Below are positions 18,248 to 28,563 of a DNA stretch of 61,111 bases, piece by piece (the stretch's first letter is position 1; each line of letters starts with the position of its first letter). The position numbers were made by a program, and so were the translations under genes. Origin of the DNA: a virus (Duplodnaviria > Caudoviricetes); IMG/VR virus record IMGVR_UViG_3300016657_000047, positions 1 to 61,111 of that record. One strand, written 5' to 3'. Under the pieces are notes generated by a model, which was not told the origin of the DNA, did not search any database, and saw nothing but the letters and a program-made list of their open reading frames with translations.

Positions 18248-19252
18248 TTACTTAAAGCGAGAAATCAACGAGAACGATTCAGTACCGACTTTCTCGGTAG
18301 CCTCTTCATCTTGCTCAGTTTTCTCTTTTTGCTCTTCAGTAGCTTCTTCCACCACCACACTCACTTCGTCGTCTTGACTGTCGTCAGTGTTTTCGGCGGG
18401 TGTTTCTTCGGTGCTAGCGGTGCTGTTATCATCGGCGGTAACTTCTTCGCTGACATTACTGTCGCTATCTGTTCCGCTGACATCGTTAGCATCAACCGCA
18501 TCAGTAGCGCCATCTGCAACAGCATCATCACCAGAATCAACGTTATCAACATTGTCTCCAGTCGCATTGTCATCAGTTGTCGCATCGCCCTGCGGAGCTT
18601 CGCTAGTTTCCTCAACACTGTTATTTTCGATTTCACCCGAAAGGAACATGTTGGGAGTATTAAAGACGGACGAATACAGCGTGTCCAGTACTGCATTATG
18701 TTTCTCCTGATCCGGCCCTTGCAGATCAACTGGTAGGATGACCTCGGCGAACTGAATCGGGAGTTCCGGCAGTGGGGCTTCAAGATCTTTAACTTCCAGA
18801 TCAATCTTCACCCAGTCATGGTAACTGCCATCAGGTTTCTTGAATACATCGATTTCCCACACCAGATCACTGCCTTGGATGGGAAAACGATAACGGTCTT
18901 TTACCATCCCGCCTTCAGCGAGGAAACGGAACATGGTAAAGTAATCGATGGTACACGGCATGGTAGCTTCCATGCACTCACCAGCCTTACCTTTTACCTT
19001 AGTGGTCAGGTAGTAGGTCGGTTCAGCACCTTCAATTTGCGACATCCGCACACGTACAGAACCAGCACCGGCATTCTGCTCGGTCTTCTGTACTTTAATC
19101 GACCATTGCTCTTGCATCTCTTTCGATGCTGCATGGGTCAGTTGTGCGAAATCTACCAGGCGAGCATAGACGATGTGTTCAGCTTCTTTTTCAGCCTTAC
19201 CGTCCAGACGCTCTTCCATGGCAAATCGCATCTTGTTAAGAAAATCACGCAT
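18248..19252 (-). CDS. CYTH-like (triphosphate tunnel metalloenzyme) domain protein with acidic tail
   Basis: EKEAEH, SVRVR, YYLTTK, E..MP, KDRY, WEIDVF, KIDLE pattern; ~100 aa D/E-rich tail ending GTESF. Confidence 0.6.
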   Translation of the reverse strand: MRDFLNKMRFAMEERLDGKAEKEAEHIVYARLVDFAQLTHAASKEMQEQWSIKVQKTEQNAGAGSVRVRMSQIEGAEPTYYLTTKVKGKAGECMEATMPCTIDYFTMFRFLAEGGMVKDRYRFPIQGSDLVWEIDVFKKPDGSYHDWVKIDLEVKDLEAPLPELPIQFAEVILPVDLQGPDQEKHNAVLDTLYSSVFNTPNMFLSGEIENNSVEETSEAPQGDATTDDNATGDNVDNVDSGDDAVADGATDAVDANDVSGTDSDSNVSEEVTADDNSTASTEETPAENTDDSQDDEVSVVVEEATEEQKEKTEQDEEATEKVGTESFSLISRFK

Positions 19253-19260
19253 GTAACCCC

Positions 19261-19785
19261 CTAATTGGAAATGGATGTGCTAAGTAGCAATTTGACAATC
19301 TCAGAAGATGTATTAAAAATCTCGCCAATTAGCGAGCTATTCTGAGGGATGCCATAGCGCATAATGGAGAAGAATACTCCACCCATTATGATAGCAGCAA
19401 AGAACGAACCAAAGATGGTTATGTACTGGAGCAGCCAAATACGAAACCGACGCTCATCTCGTACCTGCGGAGTTTCATGAGCACCGTGGTTATCTTTACG
19501 GAAGCGCCATGCGTCTAGCGGCATCTTCCCCGTGCGTTCAAAAATGGTGGTAATCAAGATATGCTGATCTTCATCAGACAACATATCAATCGCCGCTTTC
19601 AGATGGCGACCCGTCCATTCATGACTGTATGGCAGCATGTTGGGGCGAGTTTGGGTCATCATGACGTAAGCGTCAATCATTTCATCTAGCGGCGTAGCCT
19701 CAGGCCGGCGATTGCGTAGCACGCGTTCATCGCTGACACTATCAAGGATATCCTTAATCTCTGGCAGCATGTTAGTATTCCGCAT
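19261..19785 (-). CDS. membrane protein downstream of the spanins
   Basis: Hydrophobic segment IWLLQYITIFGSFFAAIIMGGVFFSIM. Confidence 0.65.
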   Translation of the reverse strand: MRNTNMLPEIKDILDSVSDERVLRNRRPEATPLDEMIDAYVMMTQTRPNMLPYSHEWTGRHLKAAIDMLSDEDQHILITTIFERTGKMPLDAWRFRKDNHGAHETPQVRDERRFRIWLLQYITIFGSFFAAIIMGGVFFSIMRYGIPQNSSLIGEIFNTSSEIVKLLLSTSISN

Positions 19786-20041
19786 TTAGTTTACCCATCT
19801 CAATAAGTCTGGCATTACATAGAGATGTCAAGAGCATACTCAAATCGTAAGATTTTTTCCACATCTTTTCTTTCTCTGTCCAAGTAGCCAGCTTATATTC
19901 TTCTATGTCCGGCGGTGGTGCATAATCACACAGCTTGATCAATGCGGCCGGACGTTTTGCAACTTCTACCTTTGTCACTGGTATAGTACCGCAACCAGTC
20001 AATAGAAAGGTAGCTATAAGCACTATAATCAGTTTGTACAT
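19772..20041 (-). CDS. Rz1: o-spanin (Rz1-like outer-membrane lipoprotein)
   Basis: Start reassigned to ATG 20041. Signal peptide MYKLIIVLIATFLLTG-C with lipobox; Pro-rich; two further Cys; overlaps the i-spanin 3' end. Confidence 0.75.
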   Translation of the reverse strand: MYKLIIVLIATFLLTGCGTIPVTKVEVAKRPAALIKLCDYAPPPDIEEYKLATWTEKEKMWKKSYDLSMLLTSLCNARLIEMGKLNAEY

Positions 20042-20505
20042 GGTAGTCCATCCTGTTGTTTGAAATGACAGAAGCGCTCCCAAGAATCAGCAATGCGTAC
20101 ACTACTGATTTCAGCTTCCTCTGCATTTGGTACCGTTGCCGGTAATGAAAGCGTTTCCGCCACCATCCCGTGAGGGCTACTGCTGGTGGTGGGTACTTTG
20201 ATGGTCATTCGATACTTCTTCGAAATGTCCACCTCACGCTTGGATTGGTTTTTATCAAACTGCTGGCTATCGTTAATACGCTTCTCTTCTTGCTTTTGAG
20301 AAGTGGTCACGGCAGACTCATTATCTTTCGCAACCTTAGTCAGCGTCTTTACCGACTTGGTGTTTACTTCATTTGCTACGACGAGCATGGCGTTCTTGCG
20401 TTCAGCATGCCCATAGAACCAAAGGCAGGTAATGGCAATAGCCACCACTATCAATCCTGCGATTAAGTCTTTGTTATTCTTGATAAACAACATCGCTCCA
20501 TTCAT
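20029..20505 (-). CDS. Rz: i-spanin (Rz-like)
   Basis: Single N-terminal TM helix, coiled-coil periplasmic region, C-terminal Cys pair; overlaps the lipoprotein gene. Confidence 0.7.
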   Translation of the reverse strand: MNGAMLFIKNNKDLIAGLIVVAIAITCLWFYGHAERKNAMLVVANEVNTKSVKTLTKVAKDNESAVTTSQKQEEKRINDSQQFDKNQSKREVDISKKYRMTIKVPTTSSSPHGMVAETLSLPATVPNAEEAEISSVRIADSWERFCHFKQQDGLPCTN

Positions 20506-21074
20506 GTTGGATAACTCTTGTAGGACTTGTAACGGGAGTATGCAATCGCAAATGCATCCAGTGCATGCTCCGACAATGTTTGCGGACTACACCCTACAAA
20601 AGGGATACCTTGCAATCGCTGAATGGCTTTGTAGACGTCTTCTTTACCGGCATTGCCTTTAGCGCCAACTGCATTCTTTGCAGTCGGAGGATCCACCAGA
20701 TGCAACGCCATGTATGGATTGTATTCGAACAGTGCTGCACGAATAGCATCCAGGGTTTCAACCAGCGGAGCAAAAGCACTCGGCCGTAAGGGGTTAAAGA
20801 AAGGAGATTCACAGATAACAGCCAACGGTCGCTTTAGCCGTAGAATGTTAAGCAGGTTTTCTCGATGGGCTTGTAGCCGAGCTGCCCGTTCACCGTGGAT
20901 GGAAGCAATTGCTGGAGACATAAAGGGGAGTTTGCTACCGGTGAAGGTAAAGGCTTCGACAGCCAACAACTCTAACGTGATGACATCGAAGTACAATAGA
21001 CAAAGACCCAGGGTCTCAGACCCTGGATCAATGCCTACGATACACGCTGTCCTATTTGGATCCAGCACGACCAT
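20502..21074 (-). CDS. ruvC: RuvC-like Holliday junction resolvase
   Basis: VGIDPGS..LG, VICESPF, P...K.AV...G.A.KE.V, H..DA.AIA motifs. Confidence 0.9.
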   Translation of the reverse strand: MVVLDPNRTACIVGIDPGSETLGLCLLYFDVITLELLAVEAFTFTGSKLPFMSPAIASIHGERAARLQAHRENLLNILRLKRPLAVICESPFFNPLRPSAFAPLVETLDAIRAALFEYNPYMALHLVDPPTAKNAVGAKGNAGKEDVYKAIQRLQGIPFVGCSPQTLSEHALDAFAIAYSRYKSYKSYPT

Positions 21075-21079
21075 GATTA

Positions 21080-21931
21080 TTAACCTTGCTGAAGACTCCA
21101 GATTGGTTCGGTAGCACCAACATCAAGAGCTACTTCAATACCACTGTTAATCATAGCGATCGGATATGCAGTACCGACGAAGTTGCAAACCTGCGCGGCA
21201 ATGACTTCATTGAAATTGAATGTGGTATTACCAGCACCTACCACCGGAACAGCGTGGTCGATAGCGGATACCAGCGCCATTTCAGAAATGATCACGTATG
21301 CTGGGTCACCAAATAGAATGTTACCAACATTGCGCAGTTCTTCAATGTCAGCTTGCGAGAACGAAATCTGGTTTAGCGCAGTCGCTGCAATGTAGTCACC
21401 AGTGGTCACGTTCACGCCGTTATCGGCCAAAGGAGACGGAACAGGGTTCAGAACAGAACTGTCCGGCTTCCATGGGGTGGCAGTGGTATCACCAGCATCG
21501 TTTACGGTCTTGTAAATCAGTTGCGGTGCTACACTGGTCATGTCCAGGCGCTTCAGGTAGTAGCAGATATACGGTACGCCGTTATGGGTTTCTTGGCGAC
21601 GCAGTGCATAGTTACCACGAGTGGTCACATCCAGATCGTTCGTCGGTTCACGCATCACGAACGGAATGTGGTTAAACAGGGCAGCATCAGTCGGCTTGTG
21701 CTGAAGGATTTCCAGCTTCGGCATGTTGTTGGCGCCCATGGTGAAGCTATGACCACCTACACCGATAGCGAAGTAACGCACAGCGGTGTACTGATTGCTA
21801 GGCGGATACACGTTCGCCAGAATACCAAACTTTTCATTCAGTGTGGTGTTCTCATCGAAAGTCAGCGGAGTACGCTGATAGAGTGCAGATTCCAAGCGCG
21901 CACCATAGCAGGTACGAGTTAACTTTTCCAT
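21080..21931 (-). CDS. conserved phiKZ-like virion structural protein
   Basis: 283 aa; NTTLNEKFGI, YF.IG.GGH, H.PFV.R, YYLKR motifs; position next to the portal module. Confidence 0.65.
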   Translation of the reverse strand: MEKLTRTCYGARLESALYQRTPLTFDENTTLNEKFGILANVYPPSNQYTAVRYFAIGVGGHSFTMGANNMPKLEILQHKPTDAALFNHIPFVMREPTNDLDVTTRGNYALRRQETHNGVPYICYYLKRLDMTSVAPQLIYKTVNDAGDTTATPWKPDSSVLNPVPSPLADNGVNVTTGDYIAATALNQISFSQADIEELRNVGNILFGDPAYVIISEMALVSAIDHAVPVVGAGNTTFNFNEVIAAQVCNFVGTAYPIAMINSGIEVALDVGATEPIWSLQQG

Positions 21932-22008
21932 GTTTTTTCCTCTTAATCAGTAATTAAAGGTATATCCTGATCTATCACAGGATTTAACCAATCGGTGATT
22001 TTTTATTG

Positions 22009-24216
22009 CTAGGCCATAACGTTTACCCAAAAGTCCTTGAAGGCAAAACGCTGATCTTGCGACAGTTGTAGGAAGTAATCCATCCCTAGGGCATTGGGTA
22101 ATGCATTCTCATAAGGAATGGGATTCAACGCTACACGAGCATCCAAACCAGTGGGTACCGAGAAGTATTGGGTAAGACGGCCAGACCCTGGATTCAGATT
22201 CGGCTGCATGTCGATATAGTGGTAATCCAACAACGTCAAGTCAACCATTGGCTCGGAAGCGTCTTTGTCCGTATCCAATTTATAGTTAACTTTAATGATG
22301 TCGTTTCGATCAACAATATCCATACCGTGACTGGTCACTTCGTAATGCGAGCTACCAGTAGTAGAGTCATCCCCTACTCGTTGTGCAGCATAGTCCAGTG
22401 AAGTAATCGACGCTGCATTCATAGTCGACATGAACTGAATACTGTAACTCGACAATGCAGTCATGAGTTTCAGTAGCGCTTGTTGCACATCGCGAATCGA
22501 GGTATGGGTATTAACCGACAGGCCTGTCCCTTCGCGCAGCAATTCCAGATACATCAGTTCGTATTGGTCACGGCTTAGCTCGTCAATAAAGATGTTGCGA
22601 TCAGCCAACCAAGTAGCGAATGTTTCATCCGGATTCTCTGGATAGTACACGCGATCAGTAAACAGTACGGCAACGGCATTAGCAAACTGCGCCCGAATTT
22701 CTTGATGCTGCTCTTGCGCAATTATGAACCGTTGTTTGTTTACGGCTGTGTAGATCTCATAAGTCTGCCGATAGAAGGCATCGATAGAGATCACCTTAGA
22801 CATCAACGGCAACATGTTTCGTGCTGCATCCAAATAAGGCCGCAGATAGTTACGCCATTTTGCCGATACCACTTTGAGCATGTCATCTGTAGTAATGAAC
22901 TGATCTCTGATCACTCGTCTAGCCAGCATAGGTTGCCGGTGAGTAAGCGTGATGTTAGCCGCCCGGTAATACAGGTACTGCATGAACACACAGGCTTCAT
23001 TGGCACGCAGGGAATAACGCTCACCCGTCTTCGGGTTAGTACAAGACACCACTGCCTGGTAAACACCAATATTCGATTGATGTAGCCAGTTACTTACCAA
23101 CGTTTCAGACAGTTTGTATGGCGAGCTATCTGCATAATCAACCACGGTCGATTCAATAGCCTTAGTCAGTACCACATTGGATGTGGAATAACTAAAGTCT
23201 TGACGTGCCTTATCCATGTACTCTTGTTCATAGATACGGTTGTCACGTGCCAGTGTCCGTTCCTTCGCATAGAAGTCTTCGATGGGCAGCAGGTCGTAAG
23301 CAGTACTGTTCATCCCCAGGTTCAACGGCTTCTTACGGAACTTCACCGTCGGTACCAAACTATCAGGCATGTCTTGCAACATATGCCGTGCGGTGTATTC
23401 ACCAATAGGCATCAGTCGCGCTGTCATGAGTTTGTCGACCAAAAGATCAAACATCTCTTGACTGCCGGCATTGCGCTGAATGTAACGGATGTTACGATAA
23501 AGGAACAACGACTGCTTTAGGGTCAAGAAATCGAGATAATGATCAAGACCATTATGACTGGCCAAGTACTCACGAACATGGTAGCTATGGGCTTCATTGG
23601 TTTTACATGCCTCTAGACGGAAGTTCAGGATTGCAGGCACTAGCATCAAGTACATAACCGCATGACTAGTGGCAAAATACAAATCATCACTAATCCCGAA
23701 CTGGCGGTTCTCCCAACGCAACTTGTAACTCTTGATCCAAGTTTCCAGTTTGCTAATCAAACTGTATTCGTTAGGTTCTACTAGCTCATTAGGCCAAGCT
23801 AGAATGTCGCCATCTTCTGCTTCAATGGCCGTTTGTTTGTCTACAGGTGAAATGATACCGTAAATCAAACTTTCTTGTTTCGGATACAGCGTCAGCAATT
23901 CACGATAGTTACGCTCACCAAAAGCATAGGCACGTGCCGTTGCTCGATGGATTCGTAGATTTTCCTTGCTAAAAAGTATTGTTTCTAATGTATCCAATGA
24001 AACGATGTACATTTCCTGGTCGGTGAAGTGATACTCACCAGCCAAATTCATGTAGTATTTCCAAGTCTCAGGGGCAAACGGATCAACCGCATCGCTACCA
24101 TATAACTGGACGATCAACTTGTTTTGAAGATCAACGGTGTCTGTCGATTTGATCACCAAGGTCTGTGCAAGCTTGATCACCGAATCTACATAAATCTTGT
24201 AGTAATTGTTACTCAT
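22009..24216 (-). CDS. conserved phiKZ-like virion structural protein, divergent from the portal gene
   Basis: ~735 aa; WKYYMNLAGEYH, AHSYH..EYLASH, FLYRNI.YI..NAG motifs; synteny as in phiKZ-like phages. Confidence 0.65.
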   Translation of the reverse strand: MSNNYYKIYVDSVIKLAQTLVIKSTDTVDLQNKLIVQLYGSDAVDPFAPETWKYYMNLAGEYHFTDQEMYIVSLDTLETILFSKENLRIHRATARAYAFGERNYRELLTLYPKQESLIYGIISPVDKQTAIEAEDGDILAWPNELVEPNEYSLISKLETWIKSYKLRWENRQFGISDDLYFATSHAVMYLMLVPAILNFRLEACKTNEAHSYHVREYLASHNGLDHYLDFLTLKQSLFLYRNIRYIQRNAGSQEMFDLLVDKLMTARLMPIGEYTARHMLQDMPDSLVPTVKFRKKPLNLGMNSTAYDLLPIEDFYAKERTLARDNRIYEQEYMDKARQDFSYSTSNVVLTKAIESTVVDYADSSPYKLSETLVSNWLHQSNIGVYQAVVSCTNPKTGERYSLRANEACVFMQYLYYRAANITLTHRQPMLARRVIRDQFITTDDMLKVVSAKWRNYLRPYLDAARNMLPLMSKVISIDAFYRQTYEIYTAVNKQRFIIAQEQHQEIRAQFANAVAVLFTDRVYYPENPDETFATWLADRNIFIDELSRDQYELMYLELLREGTGLSVNTHTSIRDVQQALLKLMTALSSYSIQFMSTMNAASITSLDYAAQRVGDDSTTGSSHYEVTSHGMDIVDRNDIIKVNYKLDTDKDASEPMVDLTLLDYHYIDMQPNLNPGSGRLTQYFSVPTGLDARVALNPIPYENALPNALGMDYFLQLSQDQRFAFKDFWVNVMA

Positions 24217-24263
24217 CTTAAACACCCGATTTATAGGTGAACGATTAAAGAGGGAAAGCCCGA

Positions 24264-27071
24264 ATGAAAAACAGCAGTTACAATAAGATGCTGGCAGAGA
24301 TTACGAAAGCCGGCATTGGTGCTAAAGTGAACCCCGTCCAATTGGTACGGACAAATCCACACGCTGCCGCATTGTTCAGTAAACTGACCAATGACCCGAC
24401 TAAAATTCCGACTCGCGACGGTACAGGTAAGATTAACCCTGCTGCCATCAACCCTGCTGGCTTTAATACCGTCAGTACGGATGTTGCTCGTAATATGCAT
24501 GAAACTGATATTATCATGCAGATGCATCCGGACTTGGAATTGGCTGCTCAGATTTTGATCAGTTCGGTACTGGCCCCTAAGGACATGACTACGGTTGAAC
24601 TGACGTTCAACGTTGAAAACTCTAACCTGCCTGCAGACCTAGTCTCGACCATGATCGAGAAGGTCCGTACCTACATGCAGGATACCCATAAAATAGAAGA
24701 GGAGCTACCAAAGATCTTGCGTAGCGTCCTGATCGATGCGGGTTCTTATCCTGTCGCGGTGATTCCTGAGAACTCGGTAGATGACCTTATCAACAACCGA
24801 GTGGGCTATGGATTTAAAGGCGGTACCAATGTAGGGGCTGAATCCCGTGGTTTTGGTGGCGGTACCTTTAAACTTAACACCGGTCTATTGGGTCCGCGTG
24901 ATGCGGCTACCCCTGAAGCAGCCAACAGCAATTACTCGGCTGGTTTGGAATCGATGTTCAGTTTCAAATCTCGTCCGGGGATTGGCGACAGTAATGAACA
25001 TAGCGTTACCGTAGGTAAAGGTATCCCCACTGGCATCACTGTGATTGATAACCCAGCAATTTTGCATGTACCGAAACTGGCGGATCAAGCACGTGCTGAT
25101 ATGGTGAAACGCCATAGCCGTGGTTTGGGCATGGAAGACTACGATACGCAGTTTGCCTACATCAAGACACTGCAGGATCGAGTTAACCAGCATACTGTGT
25201 TTAAGAACCAGTCCCCTGACTATGTACCGATTCGTCCAGTATTGACTAAGGACAAGCTGCGTCGTAAGTCGATTGGTGCACCACTGGTAATGCGTCTGCC
25301 TCCTGAATCGACTATCCCGGTCTACGTGCCTGGTTATCCGGAAAAGCATGTAGGCTACTTCGTCATGCTGGATAATGAAGGTAATCCGGTTATGCGTCGT
25401 AAGGATCAGGATCTGTATTACGATCTGGGTCAGCGTCTCCGTGGCTCGAATGATCTGGCATCTCACCTGATCGAACGTGTTAACGAAGGCATGAATGGTT
25501 TTGACATGCGTAACCGTGGTCACATTGACTATGCTGCTCGTGTTTATGCTGGGATGGTAGAAGAAGATTTGATCTCTCGTCTGAAGAACGGTCTTTACGG
25601 TCGTCGCTTTGCCGTGAGTGAGAACACTGAAGTCTATCGCATGATGTTGGCTCGCAGTCTGAAGAATGACCATACGGCATTGCTGTACATTCCGGCTGAT
25701 CTGTTGACTTACTTCGCTATTCGCTTTAATGAGGATGGCACTGGTAAATCACTGATGCAGGATACCCGTATCGTTAACAGCCTGCGTTCCATCGTTACCT
25801 TTGCAAACATTCATGCTGCTGTCCGTAATGCCATTAGCCGTACGAAAGTGTCAGTGACTCTAGATGAAGATGATCAAGATCCACTGAAGACGATCGAACA
25901 GGTTAAGGGCGAGATCATGCGTGCTCGTGCGCAGGGTATGCCCACTGGCACCAGTAACCCGACCGATATCACCAACTGGTTGAATACCTCTGGTTATGAG
26001 TTTGAGTTCTCTGGGAACAAAGGCATCTCTGAAATGAAGATTGATTTCAGTGAGTCTGGTAGTTCCCATGTGGTTCCTGATACGGAACTGGAACAAAAGC
26101 TGCGTGACAAGAGTATCCAGGGTTTGGGTCTGACACCAGAAATGGTGGACGCCGGCTTTAACGCTGAATATGCTGCATCGGTTGTTGCAAACAACTTGCT
26201 GCTTTCTAAGCGTGTAATCCAAATTCAAGATGACTTCCTACCGCACATGAACCATTACGTGCGGAACTACTTGACTAACTCCGAGACTATCAATTTCCGC
26301 CTTAAACAGCTGATCGTAGATAACTTGGATCGTATCGTTAAATCGGTACCTGCTTACAAAGAAATTACTTTTTCCAGTGAGCATGATAAAGAAGAGTTTA
26401 CCGAATACTTGGTAGAATCCTTCATTGAGTCGGTAGTCGCTGTACTACCTCGTCCTAATTCGGCCACGTTGGAAAACCAACTGACGTATCTGGAAGAGTT
26501 TGGTAAAGCGTTGGATGTTTCGCTGGATAACATCATCAACACTGAGTTCCTGACCTCGGATACTGTGGGTGAGATCGAAGCTCAGGTTAGTACCATCAAA
26601 GCAATTGTCAAAGCGCATTACATGCGTCGTGAAATTGCTAAGATTGGTTTGCTGCCAGAGCTGGCAGAACTGACCACGCTAGACGAACAGGGTCGTCCAG
26701 TAGTAAACGTGTACGACGAACTGTCGCAACATGTTAACGCGCTGACGAAATCGATGAGTCACTTCATGAAAGGCATTCGTCCGGTTCGTGATGCCTCCGA
26801 TACTGTTAATGAAGGGAAAGATGAGAATACTGGTAATGGTTTCTCTGATGACTCTTCGAATGACACTGGCGGTAACGGCGGCGATGACGAGTTTGGTTTT
26901 GGTGGTGACATGAACTTCGACATGCCAGAAGATGACACGCCGCCCGCTGACGGCACTGGTGATCAACCAGCTGAAGGTGGTGATGAGGTAGCGACTGAAG
27001 ACAATCCTGATGACCCTATGGATCAGAATGCACCAGCAGCCACTGATGAAGAAGAACCTGATCAGTCTTAA
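24264..27071 (+). CDS. portal protein (phiKZ gp129-like)
   Basis: 935 aa; PDLELAAQILISSVLAPKDM, H.GYFV.LD..GNP, LG.TPEMVD, NLLL.KRV motifs; acidic C-terminal tail; divergent pairing with a ~735 aa virion gene. Confidence 0.7.
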   Translation: MKNSSYNKMLAEITKAGIGAKVNPVQLVRTNPHAAALFSKLTNDPTKIPTRDGTGKINPAAINPAGFNTVSTDVARNMHETDIIMQMHPDLELAAQILISSVLAPKDMTTVELTFNVENSNLPADLVSTMIEKVRTYMQDTHKIEEELPKILRSVLIDAGSYPVAVIPENSVDDLINNRVGYGFKGGTNVGAESRGFGGGTFKLNTGLLGPRDAATPEAANSNYSAGLESMFSFKSRPGIGDSNEHSVTVGKGIPTGITVIDNPAILHVPKLADQARADMVKRHSRGLGMEDYDTQFAYIKTLQDRVNQHTVFKNQSPDYVPIRPVLTKDKLRRKSIGAPLVMRLPPESTIPVYVPGYPEKHVGYFVMLDNEGNPVMRRKDQDLYYDLGQRLRGSNDLASHLIERVNEGMNGFDMRNRGHIDYAARVYAGMVEEDLISRLKNGLYGRRFAVSENTEVYRMMLARSLKNDHTALLYIPADLLTYFAIRFNEDGTGKSLMQDTRIVNSLRSIVTFANIHAAVRNAISRTKVSVTLDEDDQDPLKTIEQVKGEIMRARAQGMPTGTSNPTDITNWLNTSGYEFEFSGNKGISEMKIDFSESGSSHVVPDTELEQKLRDKSIQGLGLTPEMVDAGFNAEYAASVVANNLLLSKRVIQIQDDFLPHMNHYVRNYLTNSETINFRLKQLIVDNLDRIVKSVPAYKEITFSSEHDKEEFTEYLVESFIESVVAVLPRPNSATLENQLTYLEEFGKALDVSLDNIINTEFLTSDTVGEIEAQVSTIKAIVKAHYMRREIAKIGLLPELAELTTLDEQGRPVVNVYDELSQHVNALTKSMSHFMKGIRPVRDASDTVNEGKDENTGNGFSDDSSNDTGGNGGDDEFGFGGDMNFDMPEDDTPPADGTGDQPAEGGDEVATEDNPDDPMDQNAPAATDEEEPDQS

Positions 27072-27111
27072 TTTGGTGTAGTTTAACCAAAAAAAAAGCA
27101 GCAGGCATAGT

Positions 27112-27137
27112 AGCCAGGAGCCCTAGGGCTCCTGGCT
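27112..27137. terminator. bidirectional terminator
   Basis: AGCCAGGAGCCC-TA-GGGCTCCTGGCT, with an A-run upstream and TTATG downstream. Confidence 0.8.
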
Positions 27138-27152
27138 TTATGTCGCTAGGTC

Positions 27153-27635
27153 TTAATTCCAGCTACCGATGTCTTTAAACGCCGGGTCTGGAGTAGTGTC
27201 CGTAGTGAGTTGTTTATCGCTAGTTAGTGTATATTCAATCCTGGGGTACTTTCGGGAATCGAATTCAGTGTAAGCGATTACCTGCGCTTTGGCTTCTTCA
27301 ATCATGTACGGCCGCAACCAGTCCAGGAACCTTACGTATTCGCCGTCATAGGCTTTGGTGCAACCAGAACCCTTCAGGCGATAGTAGTCCCACTCGCGCT
27401 CAAAGGTACCGCCTACCACTGGCAAATATGCGCAGCTATTGGCGAAGACTGACTCCCAACGTTCACACTTGAAGAACGGATGATCAATCGGTGGTGCTTT
27501 CTGCCCCCAATCAAACATAGCCCATTCACGGGTTTGTTCGTCTTTGGTAGTCAGGTAAGTCAGCACCTTGTGTACGTCTGGCGGTATCATTGCTTGCAGC
27601 CGAACGTCAATGGTCAGTCTAGTGTAGTCGCCCAT
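27153..27635 (-). CDS. hypothetical protein
   Basis: Start reassigned to ATG 27635 (GAAGGAG RBS). Confidence 0.75.
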   Translation of the reverse strand: MGDYTRLTIDVRLQAMIPPDVHKVLTYLTTKDEQTREWAMFDWGQKAPPIDHPFFKCERWESVFANSCAYLPVVGGTFEREWDYYRLKGSGCTKAYDGEYVRFLDWLRPYMIEEAKAQVIAYTEFDSRKYPRIEYTLTSDKQLTTDTTPDPAFKDIGSWN

Positions 27636-27697
27636 GATTACTCCTTCGAACAACCAGATCATTAAATTCGCTACGTTTCATTTCTTTATCCCTTCTA

Positions 27698-28036
27698 TTA
27701 AGGCATGCCAATTTTAGATACAACTTCTTGAGAACTAGCACGTAGTTTCTTTAGGAAGTCAAAATCATCCGTGGTTACCGGGTGTACATTACCGTACCGC
27801 ATAGCCACGGCACGAGGATGTACGATCAGAAAAGTAACTGACGGATGTGTAGCGCTTTCCGCCTCTTCGATGGTCTGGTACGTACCATGTATTCCAGAGG
27901 TGGAGAATAGCACAAAGTTCATTTCATTGGCGTCACCATTAGGAAACAGCTCACGCAAAGCATTCATCGACAACTTATCGTCAACCACTTGGTGGATTTC
28001 CAAACGATTGGTCATACGCCAGTATTTTTTATCCAC
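27698..28036 (-). CDS. hypothetical protein
   Basis: 112 aa, GTG start, AGGTGAG RBS. Confidence 0.7.
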   Translation of the reverse strand: MDKKYWRMTNRLEIHQVVDDKLSMNALRELFPNGDANEMNFVLFSTSGIHGTYQTIEEAESATHPSVTFLIVHPRAVAMRYGNVHPVTTDDFDFLKKLRASSQEVVSKIGMP

Positions 28037-28150
28037 GTTATCTCACCTTAATTAAAAAATAAATTACAGCATAAAAAAGAGGGGACCCCGAAGGGCCCCC
28101 TAACTCACTCGGTAGGAGAAACAAGCACCCGAGTGATCCCCCAACGATCG

Positions 28151-28501
28151 TTAATCAGGCTCGACTTCCAGCTCTTCGTCTTCGCCAAAGCCACGGCTCG
28201 GCGGCGGAGCATCGCCCAGTTCCGGTTCATCATCGTCGCCAAAGGACATCACCACGTCCACTTCAGTCATGAAGGGTTCGGGATTCTGTTCTTTAGCCTG
28301 ACGCATGATAGCAGCCAGATTCTCATCAGCCGGATGGCAGGTGATATCTTCCGGTACAGCGATGGTGACATTTTCAAAGCCACATTCGCTCAGGCCGTAG
28401 TTCACAGCAGAAGCTACCAGACCAACCGTGATGGAATCACCACCCGTGATCTCAACGGTAACCCCGTTGTCCTTGTTTTCATCAGTGTTTTGAATGTTCA
28501 T
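28151..28501 (-). CDS. acidic hypothetical protein
   Basis: 116 aa, GAGGA RBS, biased codon usage. Confidence 0.7.
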   Translation of the reverse strand: MNIQNTDENKDNGVTVEITGGDSITVGLVASAVNYGLSECGFENVTIAVPEDITCHPADENLAAIMRQAKEQNPEPFMTEVDVVMSFGDDDEPELGDAPPPSRGFGEDEELEVEPD

Positions 28502-28563
28502 GCTATCCTCATTTCTTGCAGTGGTTAACAGAGCCCACCGAAGTAGGCTCTGGGTGGTTTAGG

